Shown here: piece after piece, positions 10,354-20,302 of the stretch | Layout: the number at the start of each line of letters is the position of its first letter | How positions within the stretch are numbered: position 1 is the first letter of the stretch | NCBI GenBank assembly: GCA_039804105.1 | Contig: JBDRZU010000001.1 | Span: 384,001-448,000 of the forward strand | Origin: a candidate division WOR-3 bacterium | Lineage (GTDB): Bacteria > Hydrothermota > 32-111 | Length of the DNA stretch: 64,000 bases | Direction of reading: 5' to 3' | Translations under genes and position numbers: made by a program | Notes under the pieces: generated by a model | The model's input: the letters and a program-made list of their open reading frames with translations, nothing else | What the model was told of the DNA's origin: nothing | The model's database searches: none

Positions 10354-11514
10354 CTAAAATTTGATTGAAACATCACCAACGAATTTTAAAACTCTATCGT
10401 TATAATAAATTCCTTCTTTTTCATAGTTGATATTTTTATAGTTAACAGCAAGAGTAAATTCTGTCATCCCTAATTTGTATGTAAGTCCTGTTGAAAAACC
10501 TATATCTACCAATCTGTTATCCTTTCTGTATGGTTCATACAGAAAACCATACATAAGATCAATATTTCTATTAAGTTCATGTGAAACACCAATATTATAT
10601 TTGATAAGATCGTTGTAATCTTTAAAATCACCGTTGAGTTCACTCCATCTTTCATAACTCAAAGAATAATAGAAAGTAGCTGGTGCAACATTCTTTGCTC
10701 TATATTCCAAACCAAAAGAGAATATGTTGGGGATTATATAGTAGACGGTCTCAGTCAAAAGATTTGTATCAGAAGCGATGATATCAGTTACTCTGTTAAC
10801 TGTAAGATATGTTCTAATGTTGTAAACAAAAGTTAAAATTACATCATCTTTATGGTTGTAGGAAATTCCGATATTTCCTCTGATCCCTGAGTAATTTTCT
10901 TTCGTGGATGATGTAGAGTCAATAAAAGAAGGATCTACAAAAAGTTTTGAGTAATCGGATGAACCATCTCCCTGCATTATTGAAAAATTTGTTCCCAAAG
11001 CTAATCCATAAAATCTGTAATTCAAACTCAAAAAGTATGTGTTTACATTTCCAATTCTGACATAACTTTCATCATAGAGTATAACATAGTTATCGTTTCT
11101 GTATATTTGTCGATAGGTATAATCATTGTTTATGTAATTCTCATAACCTAAATAGAGACCAAAATCTGATACGGGCATATATCCCATAATGTAAGCAGGT
11201 TCACCATAAAGAAAAGTGTTATCGTAAACATTCTTTTTCGCAACACTGTTTTCGTATGAATCAAAAATATACTTTGATCTTGTTTCCCTTGTTGATAATC
11301 CATAAAAACCGAGCGAAATCAAATAGTTTGTGGTTTTACATTCAACTGTTGGATTCAAAAGTGGATTGAAGAAGAAATCGTTGTTCCCCAGTGCTGCTCC
11401 TTTACTGAAAAGCGATGTGTTAAAATCTCCAAGTCCTGTATTGTATAATGAAACATATGAAAAAAGGTTAACACAAAAGAAACTCAGAAGAATAATATAA
11501 AAAAACTTTTTCAT
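10354..11514 (-). CDS. Outer-membrane beta-barrel, FadL/OmpP1/PorV-like (start moved to ATG 11514)
   Basis: Signal peptide, GAALG...NP N-terminal plug-like motif, alternating aromatic beta strands, C-terminal DVSIKF. Confidence 0.7.
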   Translation of the reverse strand: MKKFFYIILLSFFCVNLFSYVSLYNTGLGDFNTSLFSKGAALGNNDFFFNPLLNPTVECKTTNYLISLGFYGLSTRETRSKYIFDSYENSVAKKNVYDNTFLYGEPAYIMGYMPVSDFGLYLGYENYINNDYTYRQIYRNDNYVILYDESYVRIGNVNTYFLSLNYRFYGLALGTNFSIMQGDGSSDYSKLFVDPSFIDSTSSTKENYSGIRGNIGISYNHKDDVILTFVYNIRTYLTVNRVTDIIASDTNLLTETVYYIIPNIFSFGLEYRAKNVAPATFYYSLSYERWSELNGDFKDYNDLIKYNIGVSHELNRNIDLMYGFLYEPYRKDNRLVDIGFSTGLTYKLGMTEFTLAVNYKNINYEKEGIYYNDRVLKFVGDVSIKF

Positions 11515-11522
11515 TTTTCCTC

Positions 11523-13943
11523 CTACCATCTGATATCTATCTGACAGGATATACTTAAAAGATTTCTATACTCATTAAAATCTGAGATTACCTGAAAATC
11601 AGAATCAATATAACGATACTTGTTGTTGTAAAGTGATATACCAGAAAATGTTGTCTCTTGGTTCTTCAACGATAATTTCATTCTCATTGAAAGAATGTTT
11701 GATATTCTATCAACAAAAGTTAAATACATTTTGTTTCCCTTCCCATAGAGAAAATCTATTCCATTATCTTCAAGTATCCATTGACTCATACCATCCGTAT
11801 TCCATGTAGCAAAACCACCAAGTAATGAAAGAAAATCTGTAAACTTTTTCTCATAGGAAATATTCACAAAAGAACCATCGATAAAATTGTTCTCAAGGTT
11901 ACCACCTGTTGTGAGTTTTACCATTCCATACCTTGCCTCAAAATTCAGATAATCACTGTTATCAAGAACTGTGAATACTCTTAAAGTTGTTTCGTTAGTT
12001 ATAGAATTTGTTGACACTATACTTTTATAAATGTTTTTCTCCTGAATTTTATGTTTCAACCTGATTCTCACTGGATAAACAGGCCTTAACTCAAGTTCAG
12101 TTTGAAATCTGTAGTTGAGTAAGTTATAGTCGAGTGTTCTCCATATATCAAGATATGTGTAGTTCAATGTCAGATTCGAAAGGATTCTATATCTTGTCTC
12201 CAGGTATATTCCTTCCTCAGGTTTAGGCCTTGGATCATCGAGTATAAATGTGAAAAGCGGATCTATCAATCTGTAGGTTTTTTCAAATTCTGTATCATCA
12301 TATCTTGATTGTTCATAAAATGGCCTTGAGTAGAAATTTGTATAACCAAGATCGTATCTTCTTAAAAGTCCTACAAAATAAAAATCATTGTAAACAACAC
12401 CGCTTTTCAAAACATAAGCATAACTGTTTTTCTGTTTTGCAATTTCATACTGTAAGAAAACATTTTTATATGCTGTCTGGAAATTCAACCCGTAAACACT
12501 CATTCGATCACCTTTAAATTCTGATATATACACAGGAATATTAAGATTATCTTTATCGTATGGTATATCAAGAGTTAAACTGTCCTGTTCGAAACTTCTA
12601 TCGAAGATCGAGTTGAAACCGGAAACACCAATCTGTGTTACAAGTGGGAGATTAAAAATTCCCCCAATATTGATAGCGAATTTCCCTCCAAAAGTTTTCT
12701 CCCTGTAAACATCTGTGAATTCATCGATGTAAGTTTTCGTTAAAAATGGAAGGTTTACGGTTGAATCTCTGTTTAAAACACCATCTCTGTTCTTATCTGA
12801 AACAAACAAAAGATAATACAATCTACTGAAATTACCTTCAAGAGCAACTCCCAAAAGATTGTTTGCAAAAGATTCGTTAACATCGACAAAAAGTCCAGAA
12901 CTCCTGTCATATGTTCTTGAACTTTTTTCATCGGTGTTATCAAAAATCACTCCTTCATTCAAAGTAACTCGATAATTTCCAAATATGAGATTTTTTATAA
13001 ATGGGATATCCCTTATCTGAAAATAACCTTTAAAACCTCTTCGTCCAAGTGTTGAATAATCTGTAAAGAGTGTTCCGAAAGAGAAGTTGTTCCCAAGATT
13101 AAATGTCAATTTGTTGTAAAGGTTTGCACCGATTTTTCTTTTCGAAACCTGTAAATATTCTCTTTCAATTCGACTTTTTAAAGAATCAACTTCTTCAGAA
13201 GTATAACCAGCTTTTAAAAGAGTATTTCTAAGGTTAGAGGAATCGGGATTTATAACCTCAAGTTGTTTTAATCTATAAGATAGTTCGTTTGCAAGTGAGG
13301 AAAAAGAGGAATAACCATAAGTGTCATCGTTTGAATATCTAACCTTTGTTCTGATATATCCAGAAAGATCAAAAAAATTTCTTTTGTGATCCTTGAAAGA
13401 GATATAATTTCTTAAATTCGAATAAGCATAATAGGTAAGGTTTGGTGTTCGTCTGAGATCACTTGGATACCTGTAAGTTCTTGTCTTTTTTGCCTGCATT
13501 ATAGCTTCAACATCAGTTAATCTCACACCGTAAATCTGTGAAATCTCTTCAAATCCCACTTTATTTATGTTGATCTTCTCAACGAGCAACCTTTCCCATA
13601 GATCTATCGCGCCCTTTGAAGGATTCTCTTCACTCGCCAACCTATCCTGCATCCTTAAAATATAGATCGAAGTTGAATCAAGAGTTGTATCAGGTTTTAT
13701 TTCAAACTTATCCTTTAATATTGAAAATATTTCATAATCGACACCATCTATTTCAATAAGTTCATAGATCGATTTTATCTCACCATGTTTTTTTAAATAC
13801 AATTTTATATTGTTTATAACCTCATCTGGTAAAAACAATGTATCGAGTACATCAGGATCAACATTGTTTATATCAATTTTCTCCTGTGAAAAAAGTATTG
13901 AAAAAATGGTGAGAGCCAAAAGAAAAATGTATATCCTTCTCAT
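11523..13943 (-). CDS. ComEA-type helix-hairpin-helix domains (x2) fused to a predicted outer-membrane beta-barrel
   Basis: Signal peptide. HhH_3-like units KIDINNVD...HGEIKSIYELIEIDGV and KININKV...IYGV...SDLRR. Long amphipathic beta-rich C-terminal part ending QIDIRW. Confidence 0.75.
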   Translation of the reverse strand: MRRIYIFLLALTIFSILFSQEKIDINNVDPDVLDTLFLPDEVINNIKLYLKKHGEIKSIYELIEIDGVDYEIFSILKDKFEIKPDTTLDSTSIYILRMQDRLASEENPSKGAIDLWERLLVEKININKVGFEEISQIYGVRLTDVEAIMQAKKTRTYRYPSDLRRTPNLTYYAYSNLRNYISFKDHKRNFFDLSGYIRTKVRYSNDDTYGYSSFSSLANELSYRLKQLEVINPDSSNLRNTLLKAGYTSEEVDSLKSRIEREYLQVSKRKIGANLYNKLTFNLGNNFSFGTLFTDYSTLGRRGFKGYFQIRDIPFIKNLIFGNYRVTLNEGVIFDNTDEKSSRTYDRSSGLFVDVNESFANNLLGVALEGNFSRLYYLLFVSDKNRDGVLNRDSTVNLPFLTKTYIDEFTDVYREKTFGGKFAINIGGIFNLPLVTQIGVSGFNSIFDRSFEQDSLTLDIPYDKDNLNIPVYISEFKGDRMSVYGLNFQTAYKNVFLQYEIAKQKNSYAYVLKSGVVYNDFYFVGLLRRYDLGYTNFYSRPFYEQSRYDDTEFEKTYRLIDPLFTFILDDPRPKPEEGIYLETRYRILSNLTLNYTYLDIWRTLDYNLLNYRFQTELELRPVYPVRIRLKHKIQEKNIYKSIVSTNSITNETTLRVFTVLDNSDYLNFEARYGMVKLTTGGNLENNFIDGSFVNISYEKKFTDFLSLLGGFATWNTDGMSQWILEDNGIDFLYGKGNKMYLTFVDRISNILSMRMKLSLKNQETTFSGISLYNNKYRYIDSDFQVISDFNEYRNLLSISCQIDIRW

Positions 13944-13952
13944 AAAAATCTC

Positions 13953-14831
13953 CTAAAACGAATAGGACAGTTGGATATGGTTTCTTGAAGGAAGATTTAT
14001 CACGGTTGTGTATCCATAATCAATCGATATGTTTTTAATCTTTAATTCAAATCCTAGGCCAAGAGTTGCAGGATAATTTCTTACACCTGAAAATATTGTA
14101 AAAACATTTTTCACGATTTGGGACTTGAATGAAAAACCAAATGAAGTTGGTTCACCACTTGTTTTTGAAAGATCGAAATTGGTAGTTAAACTCTCATAAG
14201 GGCTGAATGTTAAACCACCGGAAACCTTTCTTGTTATATAGTATCTTTCGTTACTCATTGAGCCAACTATATATGTATCTGTTAGATTAGAAACAGATAA
14301 ACCAATAAACCATCTATCGTAAATCCTTCCTATTATACCAAGATCAGCAGTATAATATATGTTGTTGTTATCATCAATTCCTTCCATCTTTTGTTCAACA
14401 AAAAGAAAATTAATATTTGTCCCTACCATAATAACATCGTTAAACCCCATACCATAAGTTAACTGGACAACTCGTTCTGTTTGTAATCTTGTGTTTGTAG
14501 AAATGATAGAATCCATATTTGAATAATCTCCCAAAACAAAAAGTTCAGAATATTTTAAACCGAGATTACCATAGTTCGAATAGTATCCACCAGAAATTGA
14601 TACTGTGTGTATGAACCTGTAAAGGTTCTCATACGACACAGAAACCTGATACTTATCAAGACCAACGATTGAAGCAGGATTAACTGTTATATTTTCTATT
14701 CCTGTAAGCATTCCTGTTGTAGCGAAAGCCATACTTTTTGATTGAACATTTCCGGGTATATATTCAAACACAGCAAAACTATTCAGGAAAAGTAAAAATG
14801 AAATTATGAAAATTAAAACTTTCTTTTTCAT
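13953..14831 (-). CDS. PorV/PorQ-like outer-membrane beta-barrel
   Basis: Signal peptide, SMA..A.T....NPA plug motif, GLGF...IDYGY...HIQLSYSF C-terminus. Confidence 0.75.
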   Translation of the reverse strand: MKKKVLIFIISFLLFLNSFAVFEYIPGNVQSKSMAFATTGMLTGIENITVNPASIVGLDKYQVSVSYENLYRFIHTVSISGGYYSNYGNLGLKYSELFVLGDYSNMDSIISTNTRLQTERVVQLTYGMGFNDVIMVGTNINFLFVEQKMEGIDDNNNIYYTADLGIIGRIYDRWFIGLSVSNLTDTYIVGSMSNERYYITRKVSGGLTFSPYESLTTNFDLSKTSGEPTSFGFSFKSQIVKNVFTIFSGVRNYPATLGLGFELKIKNISIDYGYTTVINLPSRNHIQLSYSF

Positions 14832-14843
14832 CTTTTACCTCAA

Positions 14844-16817
14844 CTATTTTAATTTTGTTGAAATAACAATTGGTTTTGTGATACTTGTAACATAACCATT
14901 TGGATCGATTTTGGATACATTGAGTATAAATATTCCTATGTTACACCTTGCTCCATTCTTGTCTTTACCATCCCATTGATATATATTTGAACCTGGCTGG
15001 TTTTCAGCGATAGTTTTTATATGTTTTCCATTTATATCATAGATTTTCAATGTGAATCGTTCAGTGTTCAAACCTTTTAATTCGATTCTCAAGACCTGTC
15101 CATAATCTGGTGAGAAAGGGTTTGGAAAGAGTGAAACAGAAAAGGTGGAATCTTCAGGTAAACTTAAAATGTTGATATCCGATCTTTTGCGAACAAGAAG
15201 TTGATAACCAGAAGTGTATGGAGATTGGTTGTCATATTGGCTTGCTATTCCTGTAACATCGAGGATATTACCCGGCATTATCGAACTCATAATATTATCA
15301 AGATAAAGACCTGTTGATTGCCCGATTCTCACATCAATAACAGAAAAGCCATTTTGCACCTGGAAATTCTTTCCTGTTCCAGCATCAACAGGATATGTTA
15401 GAATCTTTCCATATCTGATCTTCAAAAGTTTACCTTCAACATTCTCAGAAATCCCCTGAGAGTTCAAAAGTTCTTCAGGTTTAACGATCGCTATCGTATC
15501 ATTTATAATGTAAACATCAGTATCTGGAGAAGAATATTTGATTTCAGTTAATCCATTATATTCAGTCACTGTTCCTCTGACTATGACCTCTATACCTTCT
15601 TTAAATTTTTGATTAGCTGGATCTGAAGATGAATATATGTTGACACCACCAGTTTGATCCTGTATATAAAAACCAGTTGATGTTGCAGTTGGCGAGAAGA
15701 TACTTGATGATCCAGTTACGATTCCTTTTACTGAAACAACCTGTCCCACATATTTTGAATTGTATCCATCATTTGTCGATTGAACCTCAGAAATATTCAT
15801 AATATCAGCAAAAGGGATTTTTTTCATAACAAAAAAAGAAGAAACTGGCAGTAATTGTGTTTGAGTAACTCCCGTGTACATCTTTACAGTATCAACATTT
15901 GTAAAATAATAATCTTTGATATAAATCTTTATAGTATCCTTAAAAGAAATATCGTCGATGTTAATCGTTGTTGTATTTGAAGTCGTATCGAAAGTTATTT
16001 TTGTTGAATCAAAAGAAATTAAAGATGAATCACAAACAACTTTTATTGAATCTGTAAGAACCTTTTTGTTTAAAACAACTTTAAGATATTTTATCGTTCC
16101 ATAAACAGTATCAACATTAGGGATAAGATCCACTCTTATATCGTTATAAGAAAAATCGTTAAAAAATTTCGGATTAACACTTAAAACTCCACTTCCATCA
16201 AGTGTTTTTAAAACATCTTCGTTTCCATAAGGTCTCAATTCAAATTTACCGTTGTATTCATCCATACATCCTCTAACAAAAATGAAAGTATCGTTTAGAG
16301 ATTCAACTGTTACAGGATAGTTAAGATCCTCGTATACAGTTAAAGGCCCTGTGCCATCATCGATTTGCCATTCTCTCGCTGTTACTATCTGACTCACATA
16401 ACAGCCCTCTAACTGTACAAACATCCCCTCCCATTTTTCTTTTCCTGCCTCACCTGTTTTGAGTTTCACCGGGCCTGGGATCGTCCGTCCTTTTGCAAGT
16501 ACAGTTAGAACTGTTGGATTAGAAATCTCTGTTTTTCCATTGTATTCAACAACCTGTCCTGTAACACTTATTGAATCTCCAACTTCAACAGGAGCTGGAG
16601 GATTATACACAAGAATTCCATGCCACGGTAAAGTATCATCCTGTATATACACATTAACTCCAAAAACTCTTGTAACTATTCCTGAAACCGTAACAATTTG
16701 TCCAGCATAGGGAGAAGCACCAGAAATGTTTTCAGTATATTGAACATCATAGATCGTTAACGAAAAAGAGACGATAACAAGTAAAACGGTTGAAAAAAAT
16801 AAAAATAGATATTTCAT
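14844..16817 (-). CDS. Secreted protein with repeated YhcR/ExeM-type OB-fold modules and a C-terminal T9SS/FlgD-Ig sorting domain
   Basis: Two TIxxVQ...SxYxGQxVxVxGIVT...YIQD...GxxxY...VxGxVxEYNGxTEI...EG modules, each followed by a second OB-like unit. C-terminal FPNPFSP...LKIYDING...WDGKD..G. Confidence 0.8.
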   Translation of the reverse strand: MKYLFLFFSTVLLVIVSFSLTIYDVQYTENISGASPYAGQIVTVSGIVTRVFGVNVYIQDDTLPWHGILVYNPPAPVEVGDSISVTGQVVEYNGKTEISNPTVLTVLAKGRTIPGPVKLKTGEAGKEKWEGMFVQLEGCYVSQIVTAREWQIDDGTGPLTVYEDLNYPVTVESLNDTFIFVRGCMDEYNGKFELRPYGNEDVLKTLDGSGVLSVNPKFFNDFSYNDIRVDLIPNVDTVYGTIKYLKVVLNKKVLTDSIKVVCDSSLISFDSTKITFDTTSNTTTINIDDISFKDTIKIYIKDYYFTNVDTVKMYTGVTQTQLLPVSSFFVMKKIPFADIMNISEVQSTNDGYNSKYVGQVVSVKGIVTGSSSIFSPTATSTGFYIQDQTGGVNIYSSSDPANQKFKEGIEVIVRGTVTEYNGLTEIKYSSPDTDVYIINDTIAIVKPEELLNSQGISENVEGKLLKIRYGKILTYPVDAGTGKNFQVQNGFSVIDVRIGQSTGLYLDNIMSSIMPGNILDVTGIASQYDNQSPYTSGYQLLVRKRSDINILSLPEDSTFSVSLFPNPFSPDYGQVLRIELKGLNTERFTLKIYDINGKHIKTIAENQPGSNIYQWDGKDKNGARCNIGIFILNVSKIDPNGYVTSITKPIVISTKLK

Positions 16818-16818
16818 C

Positions 16819-18222
16819 TTACCTCCTGAGAATCCCTTTCCTTTTAGATGAAGGGAGAATATTTAATTTTTCTCTATATTTCGCGACAGTTCTTCGTGCG
16901 ATTTTTATCGAATGTTTTTCCTCAAGAATTTTTACAAGTTCTATATCAGAATAAGGATTGTTTGGATCCTCATTCTCTATCTCTTCTTTTATGATATTCA
17001 TAATTTTTTTGTTTGAAACCTCAAAACCTGTTGTGTTTTTAACACCCTTAGAAAAGAAAAATTTTAAAGGAAATATACCAGCAGGTGTTTCCATATATTT
17101 ATTTTCTATTGCTCTTGAAACTGTTGCTTCATGAATTCCTATATAACTTGAGATATCGTTCAAAGTAAGCGGTTTTAAAGAGGAAATTCCGTTGAAGAAA
17201 AAATCTTTTTGAATCTGAACGATCCTTTCTGATATTTTTAAAAGAGTATTATTTCTTCTGTATATACCTTCAAGTAAAAACAACGCTGCATTGAACTTGT
17301 TTTTCAAAAATTTTTTTTCTTCCTGTGAAAGATTTTCGTTATTTTTGTACATTTCAAAATAACTTTTACTCAGATGAACTTCAGGGAAAGATTGTAGATT
17401 TAAAGAGACATATAGTTCTTCACCTCTCTGTTCCACTATAATATCCGGAATAATGTAATCTGAACTTTTTCCCCAACTTCCATTCGCCGGTTTGGGATTC
17501 AAAGTTCTGATCGATTCAAGAACTTTTTCAAGTTTGTTTCTTGTGATTTTTAATTTGTTTTCAATAATATATAATTTGTTTGTTAAAAACTCTTCATAAA
17601 AATCTTTTATAATCCTATATTCCAATGAATCCATTTTGTTTTGATTTTCAAGTTGAGTTAGAAGAACTTCCTGAACACTTCTACTACCGATACCTACTGG
17701 ATCAAAAAATTTATATTTTGAATGGACATATTCAACTTTTTCAATTGGAATGTTTAAATTTTCTGCGATCTGGGACAAAGATACTTCCAAAAGCCCATCA
17801 TCCGAAAGTGAAAAGGTTATCTCTTCAGCAATTTTTATTTCATCTGGATCATCAAAAAAAATATGTGATTGTGTCAAAAGGTAATCCTGCAAACTTTCAG
17901 GTTCTTCAACATTTGTTAATGGATCAAACTCTTCTCTTTCTCTATCATATCTTTCAGAAGGTAAAGATGCTCTTTTCCAATCATCATGAAAAAAATATTC
18001 ATAGTCAATTTCATCCTTCAAAGGTAGTTCAGGTTCAACCTCCTCATATGTAACATCTTCTTCTTCAAGAACATCATCGGCCAAAAATGGATTCTGTTCA
18101 ATCTCGTTCGTTATAACCTGTTGCAACTCGAGAAGAGGAAGTTGTAAAATTTTTACAAGAGTCAACAACTGTGGTGTTAATTTTATTTCCTGTCTTAAAG
18201 AGGTCTCAAGTTTCTGTTTCAT
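16819..18222 (-). CDS. rpoN: RNA polymerase sigma-54 factor
   Basis: Q-rich LTPQL...ILQL region I, LKPLTL, HEATVSRA, IARRTVAKYRE (RpoN box). Confidence 0.97.
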   Translation of the reverse strand: MKQKLETSLRQEIKLTPQLLTLVKILQLPLLELQQVITNEIEQNPFLADDVLEEEDVTYEEVEPELPLKDEIDYEYFFHDDWKRASLPSERYDREREEFDPLTNVEEPESLQDYLLTQSHIFFDDPDEIKIAEEITFSLSDDGLLEVSLSQIAENLNIPIEKVEYVHSKYKFFDPVGIGSRSVQEVLLTQLENQNKMDSLEYRIIKDFYEEFLTNKLYIIENKLKITRNKLEKVLESIRTLNPKPANGSWGKSSDYIIPDIIVEQRGEELYVSLNLQSFPEVHLSKSYFEMYKNNENLSQEEKKFLKNKFNAALFLLEGIYRRNNTLLKISERIVQIQKDFFFNGISSLKPLTLNDISSYIGIHEATVSRAIENKYMETPAGIFPLKFFFSKGVKNTTGFEVSNKKIMNIIKEEIENEDPNNPYSDIELVKILEEKHSIKIARRTVAKYREKLNILPSSKRKGILRR

Positions 18223-18938
18223 AATCTGAATTTTTCTCCAAGATAGAGTTCTCTTGCCTTCTCATCGTTAATTAACTGGTGAGTATCCCCGGATAAGAGA
18301 ATCTTTCCTTCATATATTATATGTGCTACATCTACGATTTCAAGTGTTTCTCTTACATTATGATCGGTTATTAAAATTCCGATACCTTCTTTTGCAAGAT
18401 CAGTTACCATATTTTGTATTTCTTCTTTAACCTTTGGATCTATCCCTGTAAAAGGTTCATCAAGAAGTAAGAATTTTGGATTTGAAGTCAAAGCCCTTGC
18501 GATTTCGACCCTCCTTCTTTCTCCACCCGAAAGTTTGTAAGCAGGGAGATTTTTCAAATGTGATACTTTAAATTTTTCAAGGAGTTCATCAGCCCTTTTC
18601 TCATTTTTTTTTCTATCTGGAAACAACATTTCAAGTATAGCCAAAAGATTTTCTTTTACAGTTAGTTGCCTAAAAATTGAACTCTCCTGTGGAAGATATC
18701 CTATTCCCAGCCTTGCTCTTTTATACATTGGAAGATCTGTTATATCCTTTTCATCAAGAAAAATTTTCCCTGATGATACAGGAACAACTCCAACCATCAT
18801 ATAAAAAGTTGTTGTTTTACCAGCTCCATTTGGACCGAGAAGTCCAATAATTTTACCATTTTCAACTTCAAGAGACAGTTGATCCACAACTTTCCTTTTT
18901 CCGTAGTATTTAACAAGATTTTCACATCTGAGTATCAT
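18219..18938 (-). CDS. lptB: LPS export ABC transporter ATPase
   Basis: GLLGPNGAGKTTTFYM, RARLGIGYLPQE, LSGGERRRVEIARAL, ITDHNVRETL. Lies immediately upstream of rpoN. Confidence 0.95.
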   Translation of the reverse strand: MILRCENLVKYYGKRKVVDQLSLEVENGKIIGLLGPNGAGKTTTFYMMVGVVPVSSGKIFLDEKDITDLPMYKRARLGIGYLPQESSIFRQLTVKENLLAILEMLFPDRKKNEKRADELLEKFKVSHLKNLPAYKLSGGERRRVEIARALTSNPKFLLLDEPFTGIDPKVKEEIQNMVTDLAKEGIGILITDHNVRETLEIVDVAHIIYEGKILLSGDTHQLINDEKARELYLGEKFRL

Positions 18939-19833
18939 TTTGTTCCTTTTTCAGAAGTTCACTTTCTTTGATCCTGAAAAAATTAAGGATATCAACTTTT
19001 GAAGATTTAAAAGATCCATCGACTGAATCGCATTTTATTCTTATTATATTATCACTTTCATTTTCAAATACAATATTGTTTTTTCCAACCATTCTCTGTA
19101 AACTATCATTTTTAAAATAAAAAACAAAAGTATCACCTTGAAAGAACGATCTGTTTGAGTATATCTCTCCCCTTTTTATCGTTTTAAAAAAAGAATTTTT
19201 TCTATCATAGATAACAGAGTCAGATTTGATCTTAAAACTATCATTGAATATCTCAACATCGTAAGAAAAAATGTTCATAGAATCTTTATCATCAATAAGA
19301 AGATTTTGAGATTTTATAGTATAGGAAGAATCATTTTTTTGAAGTATAGAATTCCCTTTTATAAAAGTTTTTTCAGTGTTTTTGAAATATTCAATATGGT
19401 TACCCAAAATTTTAAAATTTTCCTGAACATTTTCAAATAAAGGTGTTCCTGTAAAAACTAATAGTGAATCGTCAAGAAAAATTTTGAGTGTTTCACTTTC
19501 GATTAAAAATCTTTTTTCTTTTTCTGTTTTTTGAAAATTTATCAGAAATTTTTTTTCTTTTATAAAATAAATACCCGATTTTGCAAATATTTTAATAGAA
19601 TCATCTCTTTTTAGAAGAAAACTTTTAGGGAAGTATATCAAGGAATCTTTTTTCAAAATGTAAGATGAATCGGTGATAAGGTTATATTCATTAGATTTGA
19701 AATCAACATTTTTGAAAAAAAAGATTGTATCACCATTTATTGATGCTTTTTCAGAATAAAGAGTATAAGAGTATAAATATTCAATGAAAGATAAAAACAG
19801 GATTAATAAAAAAATTTTAATTTTTTTCATCAT
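18922..19833 (-). CDS. LptA/OstA-like beta-jellyroll protein
   Basis: Signal peptide, repeated xxDS beta units, position between the lptC-like gene and lptB. Confidence 0.65.
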   Translation of the reverse strand: MMKKIKIFLLILFLSFIEYLYSYTLYSEKASINGDTIFFFKNVDFKSNEYNLITDSSYILKKDSLIYFPKSFLLKRDDSIKIFAKSGIYFIKEKKFLINFQKTEKEKRFLIESETLKIFLDDSLLVFTGTPLFENVQENFKILGNHIEYFKNTEKTFIKGNSILQKNDSSYTIKSQNLLIDDKDSMNIFSYDVEIFNDSFKIKSDSVIYDRKNSFFKTIKRGEIYSNRSFFQGDTFVFYFKNDSLQRMVGKNNIVFENESDNIIRIKCDSVDGSFKSSKVDILNFFRIKESELLKKEQNDTQM

Positions 19834-20302
19834 AAATTAATACTGGTGAAAGAAAAATCGTTTTTTTGAAATTATCAAAACACACGAATCCTTTTGTTAA
19901 CATTTTATCACTCTTTTTCTCTATCATGATTGAGTCCTCGGTTCTTAAAGTATCAGATTCAATATTGTAATAAAGAAATCTTGTATACAACACCATAGAA
20001 TCCGAAAATAAAACTTTAACATTTCCAAAATATTCGATCGACTTTTCATAAACATAAGAACTATCAGCAAAAATTTTTACATTTTCTCCATCCTCTCTTA
20101 TATACTCAATATTCTTCAGAACATACATTTTTAAAGAATCAATATAATAACCGGTATCAGATTTTAATGAATAAATTTTCACACTATCTTCATAATAATC
20201 GGATTTGTAATCTATAACAATATCTTTTTGAACGATTGGAACTTTTTCAATATCTTCTCTGCTACAGAAAATAAGAAAAAGAAAAAAACTAACAGTTATC
20301 AT
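19817..20302 (-). CDS. lptC: LptC-like LPS export protein (start probably ATG 20302)
   Basis: N-terminal hydrophobic anchor ending FC, beta-jellyroll motifs (FGNVKV, LYTRFLYY, TEDSIMI), position in the lpt cluster. Confidence 0.6.
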   Translation of the reverse strand: MITVSFFLFLIFCSREDIEKVPIVQKDIVIDYKSDYYEDSVKIYSLKSDTGYYIDSLKMYVLKNIEYIREDGENVKIFADSSYVYEKSIEYFGNVKVLFSDSMVLYTRFLYYNIESDTLRTEDSIMIEKKSDKMLTKGFVCFDNFKKTIFLSPVLIYDEKN

